The notes under the pieces were generated by a model. It saw only the letters and a list, made by a program, of their open reading frames with translations, searched no databases and was not told the DNA's origin. 64,000 nucleotides of DNA, taken from contig JAUCBJ010005606.1 of the NCBI GenBank assembly GCA_032718475.1, positions 1 to 64,000 on the forward strand, read 5' to 3'. Shown piece by piece: positions 11,870 to 23,538 of the stretch. Made by a program: the position numbers and the translations under genes. Origin of the DNA: Nemertoderma westbladi (lineage: Eukaryota; Animalia; Xenacoelomorpha). Numbering within the stretch: position 1 is the stretch's first letter; every line of letters begins with the position of its first letter.

Positions 11870-12061
11870 CAACTTTCTATAGCTGCTACCCGAGAGTAGT
11901 AGGGGTGGGTGCTACTCCTATCCCAAGATTTGCTCCCAATTATTTAACTGGTACACATTTTATCAACCCCAGTGGATGAAAGGCTGAGTGGACCCTGGCG
12001 AGGCTGAACCTACAACCAATAGATTGCAGGCCCGGTGCTCAGCCAACTGAGCTACCCCGCC
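11855..12061 (-). mobile_element. tRNA-derived SINE with Meta-domain-like core
   Basis: Minus strand begins ggcggggtagctcagttggctgagc (A box) ... ggttcagcc (B-box-like), then gtccactcagcctttcatccactggggttgataaaatgtgtacca, resembling the MetaSINE/Sauria-SINE conserved core; short agaatgtta tail repeats. Confidence 0.65.
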
Positions 12062-13681
12062 TTATAACTATAATTCTACTGCATAATTTAAACAATTACA
12101 TTTTCAGCTTTTTTTTTCTGGAAAACAAAATAATTATAGGATTAGTAGATATTGCCCGAAAAAGTAGCCACCACTTTAATAAAAGTTAAACTTTCAAAAG
12201 TGAATTCTTGTTTTTAAAGTAGTCACAATATTATAAAGAATATATTATATCTATAAAGAAAATTTCAGTTTTGAAAGTAGACTATAGTAATAAATTCTAC
12301 ATCTTTGCAATCCCAACCTAAAGGTGCATCATGGCACTTCGGCACTATAACATTTTGGCTATATTGGTGTTGACATCCCGGTAGTGACGGCCATGAGAGT
12401 AAATTGGTGGAAATCGATACAGAATCGTATTATACTTTTGATATTTTGTATTAACCCTTAGTAGCATGGGCTTTATAAAATAAAGGGAAACTGAAATTTC
12501 TCAAAAATTTTATTCTGTAGAAAACAATTTCGCCATAAACTTTGCAAACAATTTCGATCACCACTATATTTTTTTCAACTTCATTTATGCTACTAAATGT
12601 TCCACATGAAATAATAAAAATTATGACACGTAAAAATGAACACATGTGTTTCCATATACATCTTGTATTCCATGAGTGAGTATACCATATATATATTATA
12701 AATTTTTGTTGCAACCAATAATAAATTATATATATATACCTATATGTAGATCACATTGCATAATGCAGAATATGAAAAAGTGAAACATAAAATCGTTTTA
12801 AGTTGAACGAAAAGAAAGTTCTATATTAATTTTAATCCAATTTTAATTAATATTTATAATAACATGTAAGATATTTATTATACTATTTTTTGCTGTCATC
12901 ATCATTCATTATTCTGATATAAAATTTGTAATTTTCTACCATAATTGGCAGTGTGTAATTTTACTGAAAATAATGTTATCTTATTGTTTCTCAGTAACAT
13001 AATGTGCGAAATAAAGTAAAATAATGTGTATGTAAAATGTATATTTTGTGAAATATAGGAAAGAATCATCGTTTTACTTCGTATCATCAATTACTTTCTC
13101 GAGATTATCCGAATCTTCTAGGCCCGTTTCCTTTAAGAGACGTATCAAAAAATTCTTAGGCAGTCAACCAAGCAAATGGCAAGGACATCAAATCACAAGA
13201 TTGTGCACACTGGCTGGTAATTACGGCGGAACCATGCTATCTATTCTCAAACGGTCATCCCTTATGATTCAGAAATATAGAAAAAATTTTTCGTTTTTTT
13301 ATATAACCTACACATCCAACCATTATTGGTCTGTTTAAACATTTATGATTCTTTCAGAATAATGTTTATTATTATTAATGTTTATCAAAATACAATGTTT
13401 ATCACTTATTTTCAAATATTCATGTTACTTGTGATAGAATATTGTAATTACTTTTATGTATCATTAATATTATTTAACATATTAGATTATTTACTGCATA
13501 AACTTAGTAAAGAAATATTTTAAACCAAGATCAATTGTTTTCAATAGACTCAGAAAAAACAAAAAATAGCACATTATTTCACACCAATCCTAAAAGTATA
13601 ATTTGATGAGAGATTGTTAGTGAGTGACGCAATTTACACATCAATGGGTCATAATGGAAATAAAAGATATGAAATAAAGCC

Positions 13682-13960
13682 TACTACTACTACTACTAGG
13701 TCGAGCGACCTCGGACAGTGGAAATGAGATTCATCCAGGCTTCCCAATTCTCTATAGTAGTCACAATTTCGTTTCTCTCAAATCCAGTATCCCTTTCTAG
13801 TTGGTCTATAGATATTTCATAGCCGGTCGTCCACAACTACGCTTCCCATATGTTGGTTGCCAGAAAAGTAGATCTGGTATGACCTCGTCTTTACTTCGCC
13901 AGCAGTGCCCACTGAATCGTAATCTGCGTTCGCTGAGGGTGGTTGATACAGATGGTATTG
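13682..13960 (-). mobile_element. Short 3' fragment of the same RTE family as 158-2340
   Basis: Close match to 158-432, including the (TAG)n tail and ggtcgagcg...gacagtggaaatgagat. Confidence 0.85.
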
Positions 13961-14026
13961 TAACTACTAGCACTACAATGCATTGGGGTTGCTTTACCGG
14001 TTAATCGACAAAATTGGGCCGCCACA

Positions 14027-14180
14027 ACATCCTATCACTCGTGACTTTCGTGAGATTACCTGCATCTTCAAGTCCAGTTTCTCAAGAAAGTCATGGACTG
14101 TCTACCATGCTCATTCTGTCCACGAGGCTACCAAAGCACAAGATTATGCACAGGACGGTCCTCTCTGTGAATACAATGTC
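14027..14180 (-). mobile_element. Fragment of the second RTE family
   Basis: Reverse complement aligns by eye with ~7690-7860 (ctcaagaaagtcatgg, caagattatgcac). Confidence 0.65.
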
Positions 14181-15430
14181 AAACCAATTCAATTCAATAA
14201 TATCTCCGATAATATCACATGCGACGTGAGATAATGCAACATAATACTAAAATTACATAAGTTATATAATCAATATTAGTGAAAAATATAATAATTATAT
14301 CGGCGGACCGATCGGATAGCTCATAAAAAATTATAATAATTGAACGATGAGATGAAGTGGTATGCCCTAGCCAAGTGTGTTATATGACAGGTTATAGGGT
14401 GTCTGAGGCACTCAGACTTCAAGAGTACAGGAATGTAAGTGCACAACCGAATAAAAGGATGTACGTCGAATTCAAAATTCCCCCCACCGCATTTACATAA
14501 GTCCAACAGTAAAGAACGTAATAAAGGTAAAAGTGTATATATATAATAAGTGTATCGAATTATAAATCAAATCTGTCTTAAAGGTTGTCAACAATAAAAT
14601 AATAATAATAATAACTAATATAATATTGCCAACTTGTAAAAATATAGTTCCTGGCCAGTAGGTAATGGTTATAATAATTATATAATGTAAATAATATTGC
14701 CAACTTGAAAATTTATAGATCCCGGCCAGTAGGTTAATGGGATGTACGTACAATCACATTATATCGGACTCTAGCACCATGGGGGACGAGGATACATTGT
14801 ACTTTCAACTGTAAATCTGATATGGTTGCTTTTATGGTGTGCTGTGCCGAGCACACTTTTCAGTTTTACATTGGGAAGACCATACAGAAAATCCACCAAC
14901 GTATATGAATGGTCACCGATCCATGATTCGGAATTATCCTAAGAGATTCAATGATTATATGTTTTACGAGGTTATCCTGCTAGCTTGCCATTTATTCCTC
15001 TGTGGCGTACAGAACTTAGCGATAGCTGCAGTCGAGCAGTACAGGGACACTAAGACTCTACTGGCTGCCGAAGGTAACCTGATATGTCTACATAACCCGC
15101 CATTAAACCTAATTAAACCAGCTATTTGATCTACATATTATTTACGTAAATACAACTCGACAATGACCTAATAATCTTTGTGTCGTGTTATTTTGATTTT
15201 GCCTATGTGGACACAATCAATATACAGGGTTTTTGTATGGTGGTGATTTGCGGCCACATTTACTTTTCTGATATAATTTAATTACTTTTCCTTTTTACTA
15301 TCAGCTGTTCCAACAATTTATTTTCCTTTCTTCTCTATCAGTTGTTACACACTTACAGGTTCAATTTTCAGCAGCATTATTGTCGCCACCTAATTTTATA
15401 CGAATTGAATTTGCTATTAAGCAGCAATAC

Positions 15431-16572
15431 AATGGGTGATCATTTGTTAAATTACTTTAAATGTGGATTTAGTCACAAGGAAATTTCTGATCTTCTCAAT
15501 GAGGATTTTGACGAAGACATTTCCGTGCGAACCATAAGGCATGTTCTTGGGGACCCTAAAGAGAAGGTTACATCTAAATAGACTACCGGAAATCATTTCA
15601 GCCATTAAAGCGGAGCCCCCATGTGGGTACCACCATATGAAGCGTATTGTTATGTTTAAATATGTACTGTTCGTACGTGAAGAAGTTGTAGCCCTAATTC
15701 ACAGGGTTATTTATAGGCCCAGATAGTGTAAAGCAGCGATTGGGAAATAAACTGGTTAGACGAACGTATAGTTCCCTCGGTCCACATTATCTACACCAAA
15801 TAGACCTGTGGGATAAACTGAGAATCTATGGTTTAACAGTTAATGGGTCTATTGATGTGTAGAGTTGTAAACTAATCTGGTAGCGTTGTTCGTCAACAAA
15901 CAACGATCCCTTTGTTATTGGTTGGACGCTACTTTTTAGAAGCTATCACAGAATTAAATGGGGTTCCATACGTAATTTGTTCTGATCGAGGAACCGAAAA
16001 TGTAAATGTTGAGACCTTAACTTGCAAAGGTTTCTGAGACTAGCGCATGGTGACAATCGTGTCGAAAATGTAAAAGAGTACCTGTATGGTAAAAGCTCAC
16101 GTAACCAAAGTATTGAGGCTTGGTGGTCCAAATTTCAACAACTTGGAATGTGTAAGTGGCTAAACCATTTCTCAGAGTTTGACCATGATGGAAGTGTCGA
16201 TACCTCCGACATGGTTCATATTGAAATTGTTCGTTTCGTGTATCTTGACTTCTTACAGAGATGTCTTAATATTTATTGTTAGAGCATTATGGAATTTGCA
16301 CAGTCTCAGAAAATCGGTCTCACTTCAAAATGTGGCAAGACTAATATATTATTCCTGGACCAACCCAACTACTTACGGCCACTGGAACTAGAATCAATTG
16401 ATATAATTAAATTTCTCGCTGTTTCAGAGGTACCCCCCTGTATGGAGACAGTATGTCTTTATGTGAGGATTCCCTTGTGAGGATCTGTTACCGCTGACTT
16501 CAAACATCCTACGAACTGTACTGGTCTTCATGATTGTAAAAACACTTTACTCTACTCACTCCTAGATTCATG
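15431..16572 (+). pseudogene. Disrupted DDE transposase (integrase core, IS3/IS481-related eukaryotic type)
   Basis: Across frames: GFSHKEI..ISVRTIR (HTH), RRTYSSLGPHYLHQIDLWDKLRIYGLTVNGSID, SDRGTEN, YLYGKSSRNQSIEAWWSKF, WNLHSLRKS; multiple stops and frameshifts. Confidence 0.75.
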
Positions 16573-16767
16573 AATGGCTTTCAAGAAATTAATGAAATTA
16601 AATGATTAAGTATAAATTTAATGTCATTCGCTTTTTATAATGTAAATGCACATAAATAGGGACCGATAAACCCTAGACTGGTTTATGGAATTAATATTCT
16701 TAATTATTTATCTACTAGTTGCATCAGAGCTCAGCCCTAATTCTAAAATCAAAAATAAAGCAGTAAT

Positions 16768-17109
16768 GGGGCATTCCATGTGAAATCATCCAGGTCAAAT
16801 AACTAAGGTCTTCAGATTTCCTTCAAACATTCACAGTTTGAATATGAATGCAAAATGATCGCTTACCAAATATTACCCAATATGGCCCAGGTATTCAAAA
16901 GTTATTGCTATCTCAATTTTCAGATTTTTCGGGGCTCCGCATAAGATAAGGCCTAATTAGCAGAAGCCACTGTAGCTTAAAAATTGGTAGTACTTAATGG
17001 TATTTTGTCTCAAAAATGAGTGTTTGTGGGTTTTCAGGCATGTTGAATTTAAAAATGCAGTCAAAACTGTGAAATGTGTTGGCCTGGATGATTTCACGTG
17101 GAATGCCCC
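16768..17109. mobile_element. MITE nested in the IS3EU-like element
   Basis: TIR ggggcattccatgtgaaatcatccagg / cctggatgatttcacgtggaatgcccc; no coding capacity; TSD unclear. Confidence 0.75.
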
Positions 17110-17209
17110 TAACCTGGTCTTCGTTATGGTTTTGCTCAGAATAACGTGCCACTGTAACCTGACCATTGAGACGAGATATTAAAAAAAAAGACATTCAGAA
17201 ATATTGGGT

Positions 17210-17286
17210 AAAAATAAACACCCACTACAACTCAAAAATAAACACCCACTACAACTCAAAAATAAACACCCTCTACAACTCAAAAA
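17210..17286. repeat. Short tandem repeat, ~24-bp unit x3
   Basis: aaaaataaacacccactacaactc repeated. Confidence 0.8.
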
Positions 17287-17667
17287 TTGTTGTGGTTAAA
17301 AATTGATTAAAAGGTTTGTGAACTTCAACGACCTGTAATCGTTGAATAGAATACAGTTTAACGGAATTTATATCGTTCTAATATTCAATGTTAATGCCGA
17401 GGAATATGGCGGCGAGTGGGGTTTGTACTCAGAATTTAGCAAGGGAAATTTTCGAATTGTCTATCAGATCTTTTGGGATGATGAACCTTAATGGTAAATA
17501 AAATATTATTGTGGGAGGCAGGGAGAACCTTATTTCCCAAAAGTATTTTTTTTATCCGTATTGCCTATAGTCTTTAATGATATTTTAACTAAGTACCGTA
17601 TTCCACAAACCTTTATTTCACCATTACTACTAAGCACAAAAAAACAAAATGAATGTTTTGAATGTTT

Positions 17668-18340
17668 TTAAGACATTGAAAATAAATCCTTTAAAGGCAA
17701 ACCATTGTAAATACAACTCGTAATAATTATTTTAGCACATATATCCGCAACTAAACGATAGTGCCGATTATCGGTTCTTTCAAATCTCAGTTCACCTGAA
17801 AATGTGGGATACCGTGATCCACTTCCAAATAGAAGGATGTCACTCAACTCAACCACCTTATGTACAATTTCTCCGGAATTATCTTCAAAAATAGAGGTGG
17901 TTAGTTCGCTCTTGCTTACTCTCTTTAACAATTGGAAGTATTTAAACGTGATTTCAGTTTCCTAGCCTTCTTCAGTATTAACAGAAGATTCGTAGACTGG
18001 TACAAAGCACTGCTTTGCCACTTCATAGGATACACTACATTTCACAAGAGACTTTAAACTTTCGTCAGGAAAATGCTTTATAATTTCCAATACACCATAT
18101 GATCACAATCCATCTCTGAATTGACTCAACTCTTTGGCCACTGAACTCAGAACTGTGTGACGTATCAATAATTCTAAAACCCGATCTCTGTCAGCTATTC
18201 CGAGACTTCTGGTCGTGCCAACTATCCCCATGTCAAACCGATGCTCCTGAAAATTATCCAGGGAATTTTGAAACTGGTCATCCGTTAATAGATCACCTAA
18301 TAATTTTAATTTTTCAAGACAATCTTCATCAGCAGAAAAG
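17668..18340 (-). pseudogene. Degenerate HECT-like (G2E3-type) E3 ligase C-terminal remnant carried by the transposon
   Basis: Minus-strand translations ELSQFRDGL*SYGVLEIIKHFP and LSDILLFGSGSRYP...LVADICAKIII resemble HECT motifs QFxEGL..GVL, LLxFxTG..P and PxAxTC; contains stops. Confidence 0.5.
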
Positions 18341-18354
18341 AAATATTATTATTT

Positions 18355-18612
18355 GGACCCACCTTGGTGTAGTGGTTGCATTGAATTCACATCTCTTGTA
18401 GGTAGAGGGTTCAATCTTCGCATTGGCCAGGGCAGTTTTCGTTTCGGTACGAATGCTTTGAAGGGACCCGCCAGGGCTCAAGGGTAGCTAAATGAGTACT
18501 GGAGTTTCCTCTGGGGAGTATAGTTCTGGGGGGACCGCACAGGAAACTAGTCGTCAGACTTTGTGCGCAATCCCTGGCCTAACGGCCGAAGAAAACTTAT
18601 TTTTACTTTATT
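18355..18612 (+). mobile_element. tRNA-derived SINE (second family)
   Basis: A-box-like tggtgtagtgg, B-box-like ggttcaatc, core with taaatgagtac, T/A-rich tail. Confidence 0.5.
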
Positions 18613-19339
18613 TCAGAAAATGTAAATGTGGTCGCAAATCACTACCGTAGTTTTGTTTGTTTCTTTTTGTTTTTTTTTGCTCTTGAAGTTTGAGGCAGGC
18701 CGGTAGCCCGAAAACGTTTAATTTATATATATTATAATATCAGCCAATAAAACCCACTTTTTACTTAATATTAATTATTATATAATAATTGAACACGTCC
18801 TGTTAGTAATGCCTATAAAACATATACAATATCATTACATAGTACAATGTAATGCAACTGAGTAAATGCACCATTACATTGGCCCCAAGCCTCATATCGA
18901 AGCCCTGCCGCCCCCCCCCCCCTCACACCCATGTATATTTTATCTTTTGTTAAGAGATGTTTTTAATGCAACAAAGGCAGACCTATTTTGTATAAATCGG
19001 TAAATTTAGTTTCCATTGAGTTACAAAGCCTCAAAGAATAACTATTATACAGTGTTGTAGAAACCACTGTAACCCCGTATGCCAGGCCCAGGCTGTTAAT
19101 TAATAGTAATAAGTGAATTGTTGTGGGCCTATTACATTATATATTCAATTCACTGATTATTACTGATGATATTAGATAGCTGTCAAAAAATAATTGTTTT
19201 GAAGATGACCGAGTGCGGCATCAATGTGCATCGCTTACAAATGAGAAATTATTTTTTAAATCAGATTGGTCGCATCGGTAAAAAAAATGCTGAGCATTAA
19301 AGATGCTAGTTGGACTCCTGGGTTCTAGGGTGGGTTCAG

Positions 19340-19860
19340 GGTCATCACTCGCTCGTTGTCCTGGTTGCAATAAATGATGACAAAAGTTGATAAAGTGGGA
19401 AAGATGATGCCATGCGATCAGAAAAAGTAACACAGCGTATAATTTTATTGATTTTGGTTCCAATTTGCTTAATGAATGTCGAGCCAACAGAATACCATAA
19501 TATAATGCCATATGTAATATAAGGGTGAACCATGGAAAAGTAAATGTGTTTTAAGGATGTGTATTGGAAACACAATATGCCTCAGAAGATATTGAAACTT
19601 TAGATATTTTTTTAATATATAATAATGTGGGGCTTAAAAGATAGATTTTCGTCAATGCGAATTCCCAAGTACTGAGCAGAAACCGGTTTGCATTGTCGAA
19701 ATTTAATTTGTTGATAGTATTCGAGAAAAAAATATACTCAGATTTTTTTTAAATTTATGGAAAGTATTTTTTAGAGTTATACATTAACATAGTGAATAAG
19801 TTTACAGGGGATTCATCAATAGACAGTTGTATTCATCAATGGACCAATTCCACCATTGCC
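19340..19860 (-). mobile_element. Degenerate CR1/L2-group LINE RT C-terminal remnant
   Basis: LKHIYFSMVHPYITYGIILW, preceded by QYLGIRIDENLSFKPHII, typical of the post-RT region of CR1/L2-group elements. Confidence 0.65.
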
Positions 19861-20304
19861 ATTATAAAATCTGCTGATACGAGGGCAAGTCGCCAAACAC
19901 CCCCATGTCCTTAATCAGAAATTTATCAGTCTGTCCAGTCCGCATTCGGTACTCTTGAACCCCCACTGCGCTAAGGGAAAGCTTATCTACAGCAGTCAAC
20001 TCGCATTGGGGACCCGAGTGTTAGAGAATTAACTGAGAATAATCTAGTGACTTGCCCCAGGTTCACCAATGGCTTGGTTGGTCGGGGTGGGACATGAGAG
20101 TAGCCTCCAACTCCAGAATCGCTCTCCCCATCACAATCTGGCCTTCCTGGTGACCCAGGGTTTGGGCCAGAAAGGTCATTAGGAAAGGGACTCAAAGAAT
20201 TGTTGGCTGCTCTCTCTCCAGTAGGGGGTGAGACAGACCTAGTGAGACAGAAGTAGCCTCCAATTCCAGAATCCGTTATTGGCTGGATCCTTCAAGATCA
20301 GTTT

Positions 20305-20480
20305 TTGGCTGTATTTCCTCGACTTCTGAAACTAGTGGGTGATGTTACCATGACCCCATCTTCATTATGATAATCTATGGACGGCATGCATATAACATGA
20401 TCCAAAAACAATTATGAATTGTGGTGCAAGATTGTCACCCTGGAGCACTTCCCATGGATCTGTGTCACCATCAACAGTAA
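20305..20480 (-). mobile_element. RTE-type RT fragment (second family)
   Basis: TVDGDTDPWEVLQGDNLAPQFIIV; reverse complement resembles 6945-7115. Confidence 0.6.
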
Positions 20481-20566
20481 ACACAAATATTGTGGAACTA
20501 TTGTATATTTTGTATACTATATATATATTGTGGATCTGATTGCAGCAATAATTCTCCCAGGAATCG

Positions 20567-20658
20567 GAAAAGCACCATAAATACAATAAAAGCACCATAA
20601 ATACAATAAAAGCATCATAAATACAATAAAAGCACCATAAATACAATAAAAGCACCAT
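20567..20658. repeat. 20-bp minisatellite AAAAGCACCATAAATACAAT, about 4.5 copies
   Basis: Direct tandem repeat. Confidence 0.85.
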
Positions 20659-22249
20659 ATGCTGAAAGTATCTGTATCAAGTAAAAATATCAAGCACTGA
20701 TTCGTAGGACATTAACAACCCCAAAAAATGTTTACAAATTAATCAAATATTCAATCGTGTTATCTTGATACAAACAATCTCCTTCATTATATGCAGGAAG
20801 AATAATTATATATTATAATGTAAATATGTTTGATTTAAAATGAGAAATTAAATTTAATCACATAATATCAAAGTTCACTCAAAGTTGCTACCTATTGATT
20901 ACAAGAAATAATAGAGTTCATAATGGTTTACAATAAATAGTTAATTAAACAATTTAGTTGTTATTTAAAGCTATAATAATACCATAATAAATTAATTAGT
21001 TTAACTTCCATTACATCTTCGATAATAACTCTATTCCGGGGGGTGTAAACGCTAAGTCGACAATCATCGGTAATTATCAATTGAAGGAAAAGAACAGGTT
21101 ATAGGGGAAGAATATTCTGGCTAAAACAATAAACCAGAGTCCAATTCACAGATTACAGCTTCATATTTGTATTAGCAGTGAGTGTAAGTTGTGGTCGTAG
21201 CCAAAACGTATACATCCCTTTGAAGTGAGTAAATCCTAATCGTAACGCACATGGTGTTTACATTCACACAAAAATAGCTCCCCAGTGCCTATTCTATTGT
21301 AAAAAGTACCCCCCCCTCCTGTATAAATCAGATATGGGAAAATAACCCTATGCGTCAAAAATACAAAACTCAGGTTTCAAATTTTTCTTTCAATAATGGG
21401 TAAGCGAATCGCTGTTGTATGAAATAAACAGCCACAGTTCCAGACAATGGGGCTATACATTATACAAGTGCGTTTCCATACGTCCGTTGATGATTAGTTT
21501 CTTGTCCTTGCCATCTTAACCAGATCAACCCGCTCTGCCACTGTCTGACTCCATAACTCTCGCATTATATCACATTAACGTATCTATAGTGCATTATACT
21601 AGGCCCTGTCATTTACACCACTTTTTTATGTGCTATTTCGATTTTCCCTACCGCATTTTGTTTTGTATAATTTATCCGCTCCGTCCAGTCAAAGGCGTGC
21701 TGCACTTTACGTAATTCGAATTCACTGAATCGAATCATCGAATTTCATTTACAACCGTTTCGTTTTAAATTAACCGTCCTGCTATTTTTTAAGTTAATTG
21801 TAAAATTCTTGAAAATAACTTTTCATAAAAACTCAGAAATTTGTATCATTATGAGTTTGTAAATTATTTTTCTTTGTCTTTATGTGTCACATACTTTTCA
21901 TTTGGTTCAAACTACCCCGTTTGAGGCGTTAAACCAGTTGAACGAACTATAATACAAACATACAGCTAAACTACGCCATATCCATACTATTAATTATACT
22001 CTGTTTAAATGGCGGCGTGGCATAAAAACCCTCCGATTTCTCAGAAAATGTTTATGAATTTAATGAAATTTATTACAGTTAAATGGTGTTACAGCACTAT
22101 TTTTTTTTGCGAAAGTCACAATTATAAATTTTGCACTATTAATACCTGGTGTCATCCGTAAATACATTTGGATTTATAACTATTACTTTCATCCAACACT
22201 TTTTACATAATATGTAAGTAAGTAGAATAGTTAATTACAGAAACAGCAG

Positions 22250-22970
22250 AACCAGTACTCATATTTGGGACTCTATGCTGGGCTCTATATGCTGAAGACA
22301 TGCCTTCCCATTAGTATTCGAAGGTCTTCACATGACTTCCTTGCCCACAATGACAATCACAGCTAACAGAAGTTGTATACATTCTCAAGCACACCATCCT
22401 TTATGCTCATACGTTCAGACATTTCTTGAGGACTGTCAAAGTTAACTGTCAAAATTGAGGTCTTCTTAGAGTTAACACATACACCAACACTAGAAGCAGC
22501 ATGTTCTAATGATCTGAGGAGATGTTGGGCTCCCTGTAGTGATTCTGAGAGTACTACTAAGTCATCAGTAAAGTCTAGATCAGGTACTTGGCTGGATTTC
22601 CTCGACTTCTGCAACCAGTAGATGTGTTACCATAACCATAACCCCATCGTTATTATGATGATCTAAGGACATGTGTAGGACATATTTAACCACAATTATG
22701 AATAAGGATAGTGCATATTACCAATGACTTTGGCGAGATTTGCCAATTCTTCAAGGCCGGCGTCCTTTCAGAGGCGTCTTACTTTCTCCATTAGGCTGCT
22801 AAAGCACAAGATTGTGAACAAACTGGTCCTAAAGGCGAAAGCAATATCCTGCAAAGCGGAGGCGGCTCTGTCCAAGTGTCAAGCTTGGGGGAACCAATGA
22901 GACACCTCCAATGTTATATAGTGTCTGGTTGTAGATGTGTGCATTGTACTTGACACAGTGAACCCGGCGG
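22250..22970 (-). mobile_element. Rearranged RTE-type fragments (second family)
   Basis: ORFs 22363..22614 (DLDFTDDLVVLSESL) and 22829..23035 (RRVHCVKYNAHI...RLRFAGYCFR) match 7067-7790 in the opposite orientation. Confidence 0.75.
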
Positions 22971-23538
22971 CATATTATACAATAATATATAAAATACAAT
23001 GTGTAGACTTTATTTACCGCTTGTCCCAAACACACTGTCTCTATACTTTATAAGGGGGATGGGGAATCGAGAGGGGAAATAAATACATTACTGTATTTAC
23101 TGTGCCATATGCAACTTTTATTGTTAATATAAATATATTCTTATTATTATCAATGAACATAGGGAATTAGATGTGATTCTCTGAAGCTATCTGGATAGTG
23201 TCTACACCACAAATAATAAACCAAGTGCGACTGAAATCTCAGTAAATAATACTCGGAAAGTTGTAAGATAAATCGTCACCTACTCTGTTTCTGGACCACT
23301 TGGTTGGTCCGTTTGGGGACGCCTCAAACACCAATCTCCTGATTATTCATTCATATAACATTATTGATGTTGGCCCTGTCAAAGCAACGTAGTAGGTGTG
23401 CTGTAGCTAATACTAATAATGAAAAAAATTTCGTACGAGAGATTATGGTGGAAGATATTAAGAGATAGACTGATGGCCAATTGATTTCGTAAAATAGATT
23501 TACCATTGAATTAACTGTTCTGGTCTTATATAATAGTT

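Larger units (their letters stand above)
15236..18649 (+). mobile_element. Degenerate IS3EU-like DNA transposon with ~37-bp TIRs
   Basis: Left end tatggtggtgatttgcggccacatttacttttctga is inverted relative to right end tcagaaaatgtaaatgtggtcgcaaatcactaccgta (TAY...RTA termini). Flanks gtttttg / gttttg fit a 6-bp TSD with one T slip. Contains an integrase-like pseudogene. Confidence 0.7.

Noticed and set aside
11990-12061. Functional tRNA gene (also 18355-18430 and 29420-29495)
   Set aside because: A/B-box-like motifs but no convincing cloverleaf; they continue into SINE or MITE bodies.
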